From PVC group bacterium (GTDB lineage: Bacteria; Auribacterota; Erginobacteria; Erginobacterales; Erginobacteraceae): a DNA stretch of 53,073 nucleotides. The position numbers and the translations under genes were made by a program. Position 1 is the stretch's first letter. Every line of letters begins with the position of its first letter. The stretch covers positions 1-53,073 of the forward strand of contig JAZDIV010000046.1 of assembly GCA_043804695.1 (NCBI GenBank). Reading direction: 5' to 3'. The notes beneath the pieces were generated by a model. It was not told where the DNA came from, ran no database searches, and saw nothing but the letters and a program-made list of their open reading frames with translations. Shown piece after piece: positions 1-8,753 of this stretch.

Positions 1-31
1 ATAAAACAGCCTGCTGAGGTATAGTGATCAT
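1..31 (-). CDS. 5' start of a probable transposase (MITIPQQAVL...), runs off the window
   Basis: AAGGAG-ctttccc-ATG at 31 on the minus strand inside the IS end. Only 10 codons are visible, so the product is inferred from position. Confidence 0.4.
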   Translation of the reverse strand, partial: MITIPQQAVL

Positions 32-137
32 GGGAAAGCTCCTTGGTTATTACCGTAACTAATTGCATTCTAACAGAATGCTTGGAGCTTTCCCATTTTT
101 TATGCCTCAATTTTCACTTTCTCATGAATAATCCGGG
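1..137 (-). mobile_element. Left end of an insertion sequence (IS1380-like), rest lies outside the window
   Basis: Minus strand begins CCCGGATTATTCATGAG (137-121) next to TTAA (138-141), resembling IS1380-type ends as I recall them. A 13-bp inverted repeat (30-42 / 84-96) covers an AAGGAG RBS and ATG. The adjacent Hsp70-like frame breaks here. Confidence 0.55.
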
Positions 138-139
138 TT

Positions 140-757
140 AAGGAACTGCAACCATTGTCCGGGAGAGATTCGTCAGCTGCTGATATTTTTTCTCGCATTG
201 ACGAGGAGGATACTCTTCAACAAATAAAAGAAACATTTCAGGCAGCCCAGAATGATAAAAATTCTGCGAAGAGATGCCAGGATTTGATCATGTCTCTCAA
301 TGAACAGCTCGATCATATCGACCAAAAACAAGAGAGACCAAAATTAGAAAATAGAGCAAACCAGGCATTAGAGAGAGCGGAAGGTTTGATAACGGAGGAA
401 TTGGCAGTTACATACGAAAGCCAATATGGAATACTCAAGGGGGAGTTAAAATTAGCATTGGAGGATCAAGACAACAAGCTGTTAGATCAGGCAACGGGAC
501 ATATGGAAGCTTTTATCCATCATATAAACGGTTTATCACCAGAATACTGGATAGATTGGTTTCAGTTTGCTGAGAAGCAAAAATCAGAAATGAAAGATCA
601 AGATAAAGCCAACAAGCTTTTCTCCCAGGGACGTAAGGCGATTAATACCGAAGATCTTGAAAGTCTCAAAGCTGCTGTAATACAACTGATGAGGTTATTA
701 CCATCAGAAGTACAGGATAAAATGGAAGGGATCAGCAATATTTGGGTTGATATTTAG
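140..757 (+). pseudogene. C-terminal helical fragment of a specialised Hsp70/DnaK-like protein, truncated by the IS
   Basis: Frame is open from the IS junction (KELQPLSGRD...) with no RBS or ATG. The C-terminus (PEYWIDWFQFAEKQKSEMKDQDKANKLFSQGRKAINTEDLESLKAAVIQLMRLLP) resembles tails of long DnaK paralogues. No ATPase domain is present. Confidence 0.55.
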
Positions 758-796
758 GCTTAATGAAAAATGGTCGAGTAACCGTCATTTAATTCT

Positions 797-1645
797 ATGC
801 GAAATCCTGATCAAGTTGAGAACCAACAGACTATTTTTGATTTGCTGTTGTGGCAAGCCACTATACTTGCCAAAAAAGGTCAGTATCCCGAGGCTGAACA
901 GTTATTGTCAAACCTGCGGCCTGCTCCAAACCGTCAGAGAGCTCAAGCCTCCGACCTTTTAGCAAAAATTAGGATTCGGCAAAAGCGATTCTCACAGGCT
1001 CTCTCTCTCTGGCAATCAGCTCTGGCCCTGGATCCTGAAAACAAAACATATCAAAAAGCGATTACTCAGCTTCCAAGATTCAAAAAGCTCAACGCATGGA
1101 TCCCGTATCTCCAAGGTGCCGTAATAACAGGGTTTTGTGTCTGCTTGTTGTTCTCATTGAATAAAATCACCCCTGCTGAGAGAACTCCTCTCCCTAAAGC
1201 AAAATTTATTGATCACCAGGCGCTTTTATCATCCCCCACGACCTCGGTTCAATCAGCCAGGCTGGCTCTTACAACCCTTGAGAATCCTGCTTTGAATAGT
1301 TCCGATCAAGCAAAGCTCACCACGGCTCTTGAAAAATTGGAAACAGCGGCCACAACTAATACTGCAGAAGATATCGTCGTATCTACTATTGTAAAAGAAG
1401 AGACACTTCAAATCGCTGCAGAAGCTCTCATTGAAGAGCCGGATGAAATATTGGGGAAAAACCATGTGATCCAATTTGGTGAAACCCTATCCTCATTAGC
1501 GAGGCAGTATTTTAAAGATAGTAGCAAGTTCTATCTTCTGGTTAACTCGAATAAGGACAGATACCCTTCCCTGGTCGATAATCCGGACAACATCCGCCCC
1601 GGATGGGTATTAATCATCCCCAGAATAGAAAGTGAGGTTCAATGA
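797..1645 (+). CDS. TPR-repeat, single-TM, C-terminal LysM-domain protein
   Basis: TPR helices (A..GQYPEAEQLL; ALSLWQSALALDPEN), hydrophobic segment near aa 101-121, LysM motif HVIQFGETLSSLARQYF...NPDNIRPGWVLIIP. Confidence 0.85.
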   Translation: MRNPDQVENQQTIFDLLLWQATILAKKGQYPEAEQLLSNLRPAPNRQRAQASDLLAKIRIRQKRFSQALSLWQSALALDPENKTYQKAITQLPRFKKLNAWIPYLQGAVITGFCVCLLFSLNKITPAERTPLPKAKFIDHQALLSSPTTSVQSARLALTTLENPALNSSDQAKLTTALEKLETAATTNTAEDIVVSTIVKEETLQIAAEALIEEPDEILGKNHVIQFGETLSSLARQYFKDSSKFYLLVNSNKDRYPSLVDNPDNIRPGWVLIIPRIESEVQ

Positions 1646-1652
1646 ATTAGCC

Positions 1653-1967
1653 ATGGAAAACAAAACTATCAAAGTATTCCTGATCAAAATAGTTAAGGGT
1701 CCTCATCAGGGAGAGAGTTTTGTCATCAAAACAGATACTTCTTTATTAATCGGACGGCATCCAAATGCAAATGTCAAACTTGTAAATGATCGTGGGGTGT
1801 CCGGCAAACACGCTCTAATCACATTCGAGAAGGGTGGATGCTACATTGAAGATTTAAACAGCACTAATGGGACTTATTTGAACCGGAAAAGGATTAAAAA
1901 AGCTCCACTAAAAAAGACATCTTTAGTCACAATTGGCAAGACCACTTTCCAACTGGATATAGATTAA
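1653..1967 (+). CDS. Stand-alone FHA domain protein
   Basis: FHA motifs IGR, VSGKHA, DLNSTNGT. ATG at 1653 preferred over the GTG at 1632. Confidence 0.9.
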   Translation: MENKTIKVFLIKIVKGPHQGESFVIKTDTSLLIGRHPNANVKLVNDRGVSGKHALITFEKGGCYIEDLNSTNGTYLNRKRIKKAPLKKTSLVTIGKTTFQLDID

Positions 1968-2206
1968 TTACAGGGGGAAAGATTAACCCAAAATAATTGG
2001 AATTGATTTTGATGCGAACCGGATTAAAGTCCAAGCCATTGAAATGACTTGGCTAACTGTAAAAGAGTGGCCAAAGTAAAAACAATGGTAAATACGGCTA
2101 TCCAACGGGTGAGGTTACACATTTCTCTCATCCAGATTTTTTGGGGAATCTCAATGGGATGGATCGGATATTAATTGATCATCGAAAGAACCAAAATCAT
2201 TGCATG

Positions 2207-2376
2207 CTTAGTACACCGGTTCATAAATACGATGATATTCGTCCGCCGATGCATCCCGGGCTGCTACGTTGCTCGTCGGTCAAAAAACACAAGGTTATTC
2301 TCCCTCCTCGCGCCTTGCAACCCGGGCGCCTCGGCGCCCTCGTTACACCACCGTATTTATGAACAGGTGTACTTAG
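2207..2376. mobile_element. MITE-like element, copy 1 (~165 bp)
   Basis: Terminal inverted repeats GTACACC(G/T)GTTCATAAATACG (20/21), CTTAG at both flanks, core shared with 43619-43788. Confidence 0.8.
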
Positions 2377-2389
2377 TTGCTATTAAAAT

Positions 2390-3169
2390 ATGGTCAAGGA
2401 ACGGACAATTCGCTCTTATTTAAAACGTAGCATTATACTGGCTCATAGATTAGAAGCTCAAGCCAGCCCCATAGTGAACCAGAAGAAAGTTTCTCTTGTT
2501 GGTTTTGGATTTCTAATCCGCAATCGACGATTGGCTCAAGCAATACTCCAATTGGGAAAACAGCACGCTTATGAAGGTCGGATGCTCATCCGCAGCATGA
2601 TAGAAATCCACATCAATTATTCTTGGATCCGATTAAGTAATCAGGAACGAAGGGCAAATAGATTTATGAAGTTTGAGCCTTTGGAAGTACTTAAAATATT
2701 TAAAGACATCCATACTTATATGGACCCAATACAATATCGGGCAGGTAAGAAAAAACATGAATCTGAGCGTGCTAAGGTCAGGCATCTATTCAGGCATCGA
2801 AACAAGAATAATAATATTCAGTGGGATAGAACGTGGGCATCCATAGCTTCTTTGGAAGGAAGGTTGCAGGAAATAATCAAGACTGAAACAGGAAAATATG
2901 ATGGGTTTTTATATACACTGTATAGCTGGTTTAGTTCCGCTCTGCATGGTAGTCCTGTATCCTTTTCTGAAGTCGTAGAATTAAGCCAACCATTACATGC
3001 AAAGTTGCAACCAGAGAAAGAACCATTAAGTCAAGTCGTAGCATCCTTTGTTACATTAATGTTCACAATAAGGGCGCTAGCCAGTGATACTGGAACGTTT
3101 AAAGCCATAAATCCGGAGTTTTCCAAACTGGAACGTGCATTAAGGCGGCTGATGGGCCAATATAAATAG
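2390..3169 (+). CDS. DUF5677-like (HEPN-related) protein
   Basis: 259-aa AT-rich ORF with R-S-M-I-E and Y..FSSALHG motifs typical of DUF5677-like proteins. Confidence 0.55.
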   Translation: MVKERTIRSYLKRSIILAHRLEAQASPIVNQKKVSLVGFGFLIRNRRLAQAILQLGKQHAYEGRMLIRSMIEIHINYSWIRLSNQERRANRFMKFEPLEVLKIFKDIHTYMDPIQYRAGKKKHESERAKVRHLFRHRNKNNNIQWDRTWASIASLEGRLQEIIKTETGKYDGFLYTLYSWFSSALHGSPVSFSEVVELSQPLHAKLQPEKEPLSQVVASFVTLMFTIRALASDTGTFKAINPEFSKLERALRRLMGQYK

Positions 3170-3449
3170 TATATGTCCCCCTGTTAAATATGAGCCAAGC
3201 TTTTGGAGTTGCCTACCCAACAAGTTGAATACTAATGATCAACTCGGATTTTTGCCTTAACTTACCCGGCCTTCGTAAATAGATTCTGCTTATAATAGCC
3301 AGATCGTGTATCCAACCGCTCCGGTGGCCAGATAAAACGAGACTCATTCAGGAAGGAATCAAGAAAAGGCGGCTTCGGGAGGGGATCGCTTTTTCTTGCT
3401 ATCCGGGGCTGGAAAACCACGGGTAAAAGTTCGAAATGATTAGAACTTC

Positions 3450-3683
3450 TTATACGTATTCAACAACAGGCGCTTGTCTGTGTACGTTGACGTTCTTCCG
3501 GTGCAGCTTCAGCCGCTCTAACTCGTGCAACGTCTCTGCCGTGAAGTAGCTCTCGCCGCAGTGCGGGCACACAACCATCGGAACGCCATCGACAACCAGT
3601 ATGTCAGCGCCGGTACCGAAAGACCGGGTGACGTGCTTGATAATGGAACCATCCTTGCCACAACAATCACAAATCATGTTCAT
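3450..3683 (-). CDS. YgiT/MqsA-type zinc-finger antitoxin-like protein
   Basis: CDCC...VDGVP..VCPHCGESY zinc ribbon, directly downstream of a DUF4258 gene. Confidence 0.85.
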   Translation of the reverse strand: MNMICDCCGKDGSIIKHVTRSFGTGADILVVDGVPMVVCPHCGESYFTAETLHELERLKLHRKNVNVHRQAPVVEYV

Positions 3684-3687
3684 CCTC

Positions 3688-3969
3688 TTATAGTGCGTAG
3701 ACTGTAATAATGATCAACTTACCGGTCGCTCCGACCTTGACGACAACCTCTATCTTCCTGTTATTCAAACCCTCGCCGGCGACACGAAACTTGCGTTCTC
3801 CCGTATCCTTATCCCGTTGCTGTCCAACAATCGTCCCATTTAGAAGTGCGCTTTCCACATCCCAAATAGCGAAATTATCGGCGCCCATTTCGTCATAAGC
3901 ATGAACCGTGACAATATAACGCCGCTCAAGGACCAACTGCCGGATACGATTGAGAACGCGCCCATACAT
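3688..3969 (-). CDS. DUF4258 family putative toxin
   Basis: TVHAYDEM...LNGTIV...LIIITVY pattern, paired with the zinc-finger gene. Confidence 0.85.
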   Translation of the reverse strand: MYGRVLNRIRQLVLERRYIVTVHAYDEMGADNFAIWDVESALLNGTIVGQQRDKDTGERKFRVAGEGLNNRKIEVVVKVGATGKLIIITVYAL

Positions 3970-4197
3970 GATTCATTACAATCGATCATCGCAGACACAT
4001 TGTCAAGTGGCGTTTGCCGTCCCCTGCCGAAAAAGCATATAGCCGAAAAAAACATGAATAAGTATGATAGCTTACTATCGAGAAGTAAAGTAAAAATCAC
4101 AAAGGACAAGAGACACAAATGACACGTTGACGGGGTGACGTGGATTATCATCCTTTTTGTTTGATATTTGGTAACATTTTAGCCCTTTGAAAGTCTT

Positions 4198-4393
4198 TGC
4201 CCTCTCGTTACGACGCTCTGCGTCGTAACGAAAGCCGGTGATGCGTTCTCACGCAGAGCGTGGGAACGAGGAAAAGTCCTTGCCCTCTCGTTACGGCGCT
4301 CTGCATCGTAACGAAAGCTGTTCCGGATGCGTTCCCACGCGGAGCGTGGGAACGAGGAAGAGATTGCTTCGCCCCTCCGGGGCTCGCAATGAC
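4198..4393. repeat. Cluster of REP-like palindromes
   Basis: Two tandem ~75-bp units (CTCGTTACGACGCTCTGCGTCGTAACG...CACGCAGAGCGTGGGAACGAG at 4198 and 4281), then GAGATTGCTTCG...CTCGCAATGAC (4360-4393), which recurs at 21614-21875. Confidence 0.8.
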
Positions 4394-4589
4394 GGGTCAA
4401 AGCAGCATTGATATATGTATGGTTTTGAGCAGTAGCCGTAAATAACGGCCTATCTGGCGATGCTGCTCGTCGGTTTTGGTCATTGTGAGTTGGAATTTGT
4501 GATTTATTTGGGATTTTCAGCCGGAGGCTGATCAGCCTTTGGCTGAGGTGCTTGGGATTTGGAATTTTACTTAGAGAGCAGATATATGT

Positions 4590-7500
4590 ATGTCTAAGGA
4601 AGATCAAAACAAAGCGCGGATTTCGTCTATACGATTTATCGCTTCCGCCGGGACCGGTAAGACCCACCAGGTCACCGCCCTCTATACGGCTCTCATCCTG
4701 GGGCGCCCCTACCCGGAAAAACCGTTGGGGCCGATCGCGGCGGGGGGCGTTTTTGACGGTTCGGTGCTGGTCCCCTGCGAAGAGATACTGATGCTGACCT
4801 TCGCCCGCAACGCCGCCTTCGAGATGAGGAGCCGGATCACCGCCGAGATCGAAAAACAACTTGAACGGGATCCGGACCGGGCTGATTTTTACTGGAGTCT
4901 GCTCCGGCGGATTTCCGGCGCGGTCATCTCCACCATTCACGCCTTCGGCCAGAGACTGATCGCCCAGAACGCCATCGCTATCGGGATCGCTCCTTCCTTC
5001 CGGGTTCTCGAGGATGACGAGGCCGACACCATGCTGAAGGCGGCGATGTCCGGGGAGTTGCGGAGATCTCTCTCCGGTCCTTCGCCGGAGGAGAAAGAAG
5101 CGATGGAGGCGCTCTGTCTGGGGCGCAAGCCGGGAGATATCATCGCGGCGACAGGCGAGTTTCTGCACCAGTGTGACAGCCTGGGAGTGGACATCGCGAT
5201 TCTGGTGCCGGAAGAACTTCTTCCAGCGCCGGTGATCCCGGCGGCCGGCGATCTCCGGTCTCTGGAAAAATTCTTCGAAGAGAATTCGGCGGGTAAAAAA
5301 CCGTATAAACCGGCTCTGACATTTGTCGAGGCGCTCCGGGATGAGCTCTCCGCTCTTCATCCGGACAGCAGAGGGGACGAAATCTCGTCCGCCGCTTCCC
5401 GCTTGCTGGCCGCGACGAAGGGAGGATGGGGGAAGGAAGGGATGAAGAAGGTCCAGGCTGAGATAAAAAGCCGCCTGGAAAATATCCAAAGCTATCCCGA
5501 TCAGGTCCGGGCCCGGGCGCTCTTGATCCACTTTCTCGACTATGTCGGCCGGAGCCGGCGCGCGTACGAAGAGGCCAAGAAGGAACAGGGGGTCCTCGAC
5601 TTCACCGACCTCCTTCTCAAGGCCCGGGACCTGGTCCGGGAGAACCCGGCCATCCTTCCGGACCTGTCGGCCATCATCGTCGACGAGGCCCAGGACAACT
5701 CCCGGGCCCAGAACGAGCTGGTGGAGACGATCCGGGAGGTCACCGGCTCCACCCTGGTTCTCTGCGGCGATGTCAAGCAGACCATCCACACCTGGCGGGG
5801 AGCGGACCCCGGCGGGATGACGGAACTGGCCCATCGATTGCAGCTGGCCCCGGTCCCTCTCCGGGTCAGTTACCGGAGCCGGAAGAGTATCCTCGACTGG
5901 GTCAACGACATCTTCCGGGAAGTGGTCTTCGATCCGGAGCGCTATGATGAAAACGCCCACCTGCTCCCCTGTGAACGGGCGCCCGCGGATGCCGTCCCGG
6001 CGGTGGAACTGCTCCTCCCCGAGTGGGAGTCTTCATTCGACCGGGTGACCGTCCCGAAAAGCAAGCCGGTGGAGAAAGCCCGGCTGGAACTGACCGATAA
6101 GGATCTACAGGCGATCGTGGAATCGGGAGAAAAAGTCGGCGGGCTTCCCGCCGACCGATGGCTTCTCTGGTCGGGGATTTCCGATGAAAGGCATTCCCGG
6201 GAAGCCCGGGCGGTGGCGCAAAGAATACGTCTCCTCTGCCGCCCGGACAGCGACCCCGCTTTTCGTCCCCCGGTTCTCTTCGATCCCGATACCTGGTGGG
6301 ATAACGACCGGACCTGTTACCGGTACCGGGACATTACCATTCTCCTCCGGGCGACCGGGCGCCAGGAACTATATGAGGCGGCTCTCCGTGAACGCGGCAT
6401 CCCCTACACCAGCGGCGGCCGGGGGAGGGGGTTCTACTTCCGGCAGGAAGTCCGGGATGTATCCAGCCTCCTGAACATGATGGCCTTCCCTCGGGACGAT
6501 CTCGCTCTCCTGGCGGTGGCCCGGTCCCCCTTCTTCTCGCTCAGCGATGAAGCGATCGGAATTCTCCTGGCCGGGAAATCCGGGGCTCCCCGCGGGCACC
6601 GGATTCGCCGGGCACTCCAGGGGGGCGGGGAAGCACAGCGCGAGTGCGCAAAAACCCTCCGCCAGGCCGGCCTGGCCGGCGAGACGGAAGTCTACCTCCG
6701 GGCGGTCCGGATTCTGGCCTTCCTCCGCCGGCTGGCCGGCCGTTTGAACGGGGTCGACCTAGTCCGGCGGGCGGTCGATCTGACCGGTTATGACGCGATC
6801 CTGGCCGGATCCTTCAACGGGTTGCAGAAACTGGCCAATCTCCGGGCCCTGCTGACCCTGCTCCAGGAAAGGGAACGGCAGGATCACCTCGACCTGCCGG
6901 GGTTGGCGCGGTATCTCTCCGATGAGATCAAAGATGAGACCCAGGCCGCCGATGCCGCCGTGCTTGACCCGTCCAATGATGCGGTCATTATCAGCACCGT
7001 TCATGCCGCCAAGGGACTGTCAAGCCCGGTTATTTTTATCCCGGATCTGAGGAGGTCTCCGAAATTCAGCAGCCCCTGGATCAGGATCAGGAGCTCTGAA
7101 AAGGGGGAACCCGTGGTGACCGGCACCCTCCGGGTTATCGGCGATGAAGGGGAGCAGCGCGATCTGGGCAGTTACGGCTGGGAGGCCGCCTACCGGGCGG
7201 CCCGGGCCGAGGAGGAAGACGAGTCGCGGCGCCTTTTTTACGTGGCGGCCACCCGGGCCCGCGATCTGGTGGTTCTCTCGGGGGAGAATTCCGGCCGCCA
7301 GGGCGCCTGGCGGGACTGGATAAACCGGTATCTTCTGTCGTCCCCTCGCCCGCCGGAACTGATCCGGATTATCCCCTATCCGGAGTTGAGAGAAGCGTCC
7401 GAGCCCGCGGGGCCGGAGAGAGAGGTGAAAGTTCTTCCCTCCGCCGAGCAGTTGTCGCCGGTTATTGACCGGGTGCCCGCCGCACCCCTGCCCGAATCCT

Positions 7501-8330
7501 ACCGGCTGGCGGCGACGGTTTTGAGCGGCGTCCCCGAGCGGCGCCCCGGGGTGACGGATGAGGAATTCCAGAAAGAGTGCCGCGAATACGCCCGGACCGG
7601 CCTGGTCAATCTCCCCCCGGCCTATTTCATGAGCAAGGGTACCGCCCCCGAAGGTGATGAGGAGGGGGAGACCGGGGATGAAATCGGTCGGGCGGAGCCG
7701 GAGAGCGCCTTCAGCCGGCAGGTCGACGCCGGGCTTTTCGGGCACGCGGTGCTGGAGAGCATCGATTTTACGAGATCCCCCGCGCCGCAGGTGCAAGAAT
7801 CCGTGGAGAGCTACGGGGGGAATGAAGGGGGCGCCTCATCCCTGCGGCGTCAGCTTGACGGCGCCGTGGCCGCGGCGGCCCGGATGCTGGCCGGCGCTGA
7901 TCCGGAAAACGTTATCCGGGAACTCCCGTTTGCCGCCCGTTTTACCCATGACGGTGCAACCGTTATCGTCGACGGGGCGATCGATCTCATCTACTTCAAG
8001 GATGGGGCCTGGCACATTGTCGACTACAAGTTCTCCGGGAGGGGGCCCGCCGGGCTGAAGAAGAAGTACGGCCTCCAGCTTGCTATCTACCGCGATGCCG
8101 TCTCCGCGGAGATACGGGGAAAGAAGGAGCGCAAGCCTCTATTCCGGGAAGGGAAGGGGCCGGCGCCGTTCACGATGACCATCCTCGGGATCGCCCCCGA
8201 CGGGGCCATCCGGGAAGTCCCGATTACCGCCGCGGACGCGGGCGACGTCCCCGCCCGGGTGATCGCCGCCGCCCGCCTGATCCGGGAAGAGACCTCGCCC
8301 CTTAAAAAACAGACGATTGAATGTGATTGA
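4590..8330 (+). CDS. addA: UvrD/AddA-type SF1 helicase with C-terminal PD-(D/E)xK nuclease
   Basis: ASAGTGKT, IVDEAQD, GDVKQTI, STVHAAKGL, FYVAATRARD, and nuclease motif DGAIDLI...IVDYK. Confidence 0.88.
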   Translation: MSKEDQNKARISSIRFIASAGTGKTHQVTALYTALILGRPYPEKPLGPIAAGGVFDGSVLVPCEEILMLTFARNAAFEMRSRITAEIEKQLERDPDRADFYWSLLRRISGAVISTIHAFGQRLIAQNAIAIGIAPSFRVLEDDEADTMLKAAMSGELRRSLSGPSPEEKEAMEALCLGRKPGDIIAATGEFLHQCDSLGVDIAILVPEELLPAPVIPAAGDLRSLEKFFEENSAGKKPYKPALTFVEALRDELSALHPDSRGDEISSAASRLLAATKGGWGKEGMKKVQAEIKSRLENIQSYPDQVRARALLIHFLDYVGRSRRAYEEAKKEQGVLDFTDLLLKARDLVRENPAILPDLSAIIVDEAQDNSRAQNELVETIREVTGSTLVLCGDVKQTIHTWRGADPGGMTELAHRLQLAPVPLRVSYRSRKSILDWVNDIFREVVFDPERYDENAHLLPCERAPADAVPAVELLLPEWESSFDRVTVPKSKPVEKARLELTDKDLQAIVESGEKVGGLPADRWLLWSGISDERHSREARAVAQRIRLLCRPDSDPAFRPPVLFDPDTWWDNDRTCYRYRDITILLRATGRQELYEAALRERGIPYTSGGRGRGFYFRQEVRDVSSLLNMMAFPRDDLALLAVARSPFFSLSDEAIGILLAGKSGAPRGHRIRRALQGGGEAQRECAKTLRQAGLAGETEVYLRAVRILAFLRRLAGRLNGVDLVRRAVDLTGYDAILAGSFNGLQKLANLRALLTLLQERERQDHLDLPGLARYLSDEIKDETQAADAAVLDPSNDAVIISTVHAAKGLSSPVIFIPDLRRSPKFSSPWIRIRSSEKGEPVVTGTLRVIGDEGEQRDLGSYGWEAAYRAARAEEEDESRRLFYVAATRARDLVVLSGENSGRQGAWRDWINRYLLSSPRPPELIRIIPYPELREASEPAGPEREVKVLPSAEQLSPVIDRVPAAPLPESYRLAATVLSGVPERRPGVTDEEFQKECREYARTGLVNLPPAYFMSKGTAPEGDEEGETGDEIGRAEPESAFSRQVDAGLFGHAVLESIDFTRSPAPQVQESVESYGGNEGGASSLRRQLDGAVAAAARMLAGADPENVIRELPFAARFTHDGATVIVDGAIDLIYFKDGAWHIVDYKFSGRGPAGLKKKYGLQLAIYRDAVSAEIRGKKERKPLFREGKGPAPFTMTILGIAPDGAIREVPITAADAGDVPARVIAAARLIREETSPLKKQTIECD

Positions 8331-8629
8331 AGGGGATTGGTTCCCCCGCCTCGCCCCCTTTATTCCCCGCAAAAAGGCGCAAAAAACGCAAAAGTTCCAC
8401 TACCTCGGCCCCTTTTTAGTCCACTGATTACACGAATTTACACAAATCAATTCCCCCTATCTCGGCCCCTTTCATTTGAACCGCGAAGACGCAGAGAACG
8501 CAAAGATGGGGCTATTTTTTCCCATCCGCGAATTCCGCTCCCCTGTCTCATGTCGCCCTTATGAGACAATAGTAACCAGGTAACCATAGTCTCATAAGAG
8601 AGGGTCATCTTGACGGATGGAACCCATCT

Positions 8630-8667
8630 ATTAGACATTTTGTTTCGATCGAAACAAAATGTCTAAT
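8630..8667. repeat. Perfect 38-bp palindrome
   Basis: ATTAGACATTTTGTTTCGA|TCGAAACAAAATGTCTAAT, no loop and no mismatch. Confidence 0.95.
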
Positions 8668-8699
8668 GCTGATCCATCCCTTCGGTTCAGTGACCTGAT

Positions 8700-8728
8700 T
8701 TGACTTGCCCGGGCAGCGGCACTATACT
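8700..8728 (+). promoter_or_regulatory. Sigma-70 promoter for the GH27 gene
   Basis: TTGACT-17 bp-TATACT. The ORF-track TTG start at 8700 is this -35 box. Confidence 0.75.
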
Positions 8729-8753
8729 GACTGGATCTGGTATCATTAATGAG

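Noticed and set aside
3170..3449. Integron attC sites around the small accessory genes
   Set aside because: Some YAAC-like cores exist, but I could not find paired R and L boxes, and no integrase is present.
4179..5960. Long antisense ORFs (also 10567-11526, 27232-28839, 31225-32658, 33828-35147)
   Set aside because: Shadow frames of GC-rich genes with clear motifs on the opposite strand; no recognisable domains.
8341..8505. CRISPR array
   Set aside because: Only three degenerate repeats, low-complexity spacers, and no cas genes or leader.
8700..8753. ORF-track TTG starts at 8700 and 10537
   Set aside because: Both TTGs are the -35 hexamers of TTGACT-17-TATACT promoters, so the real starts are downstream.
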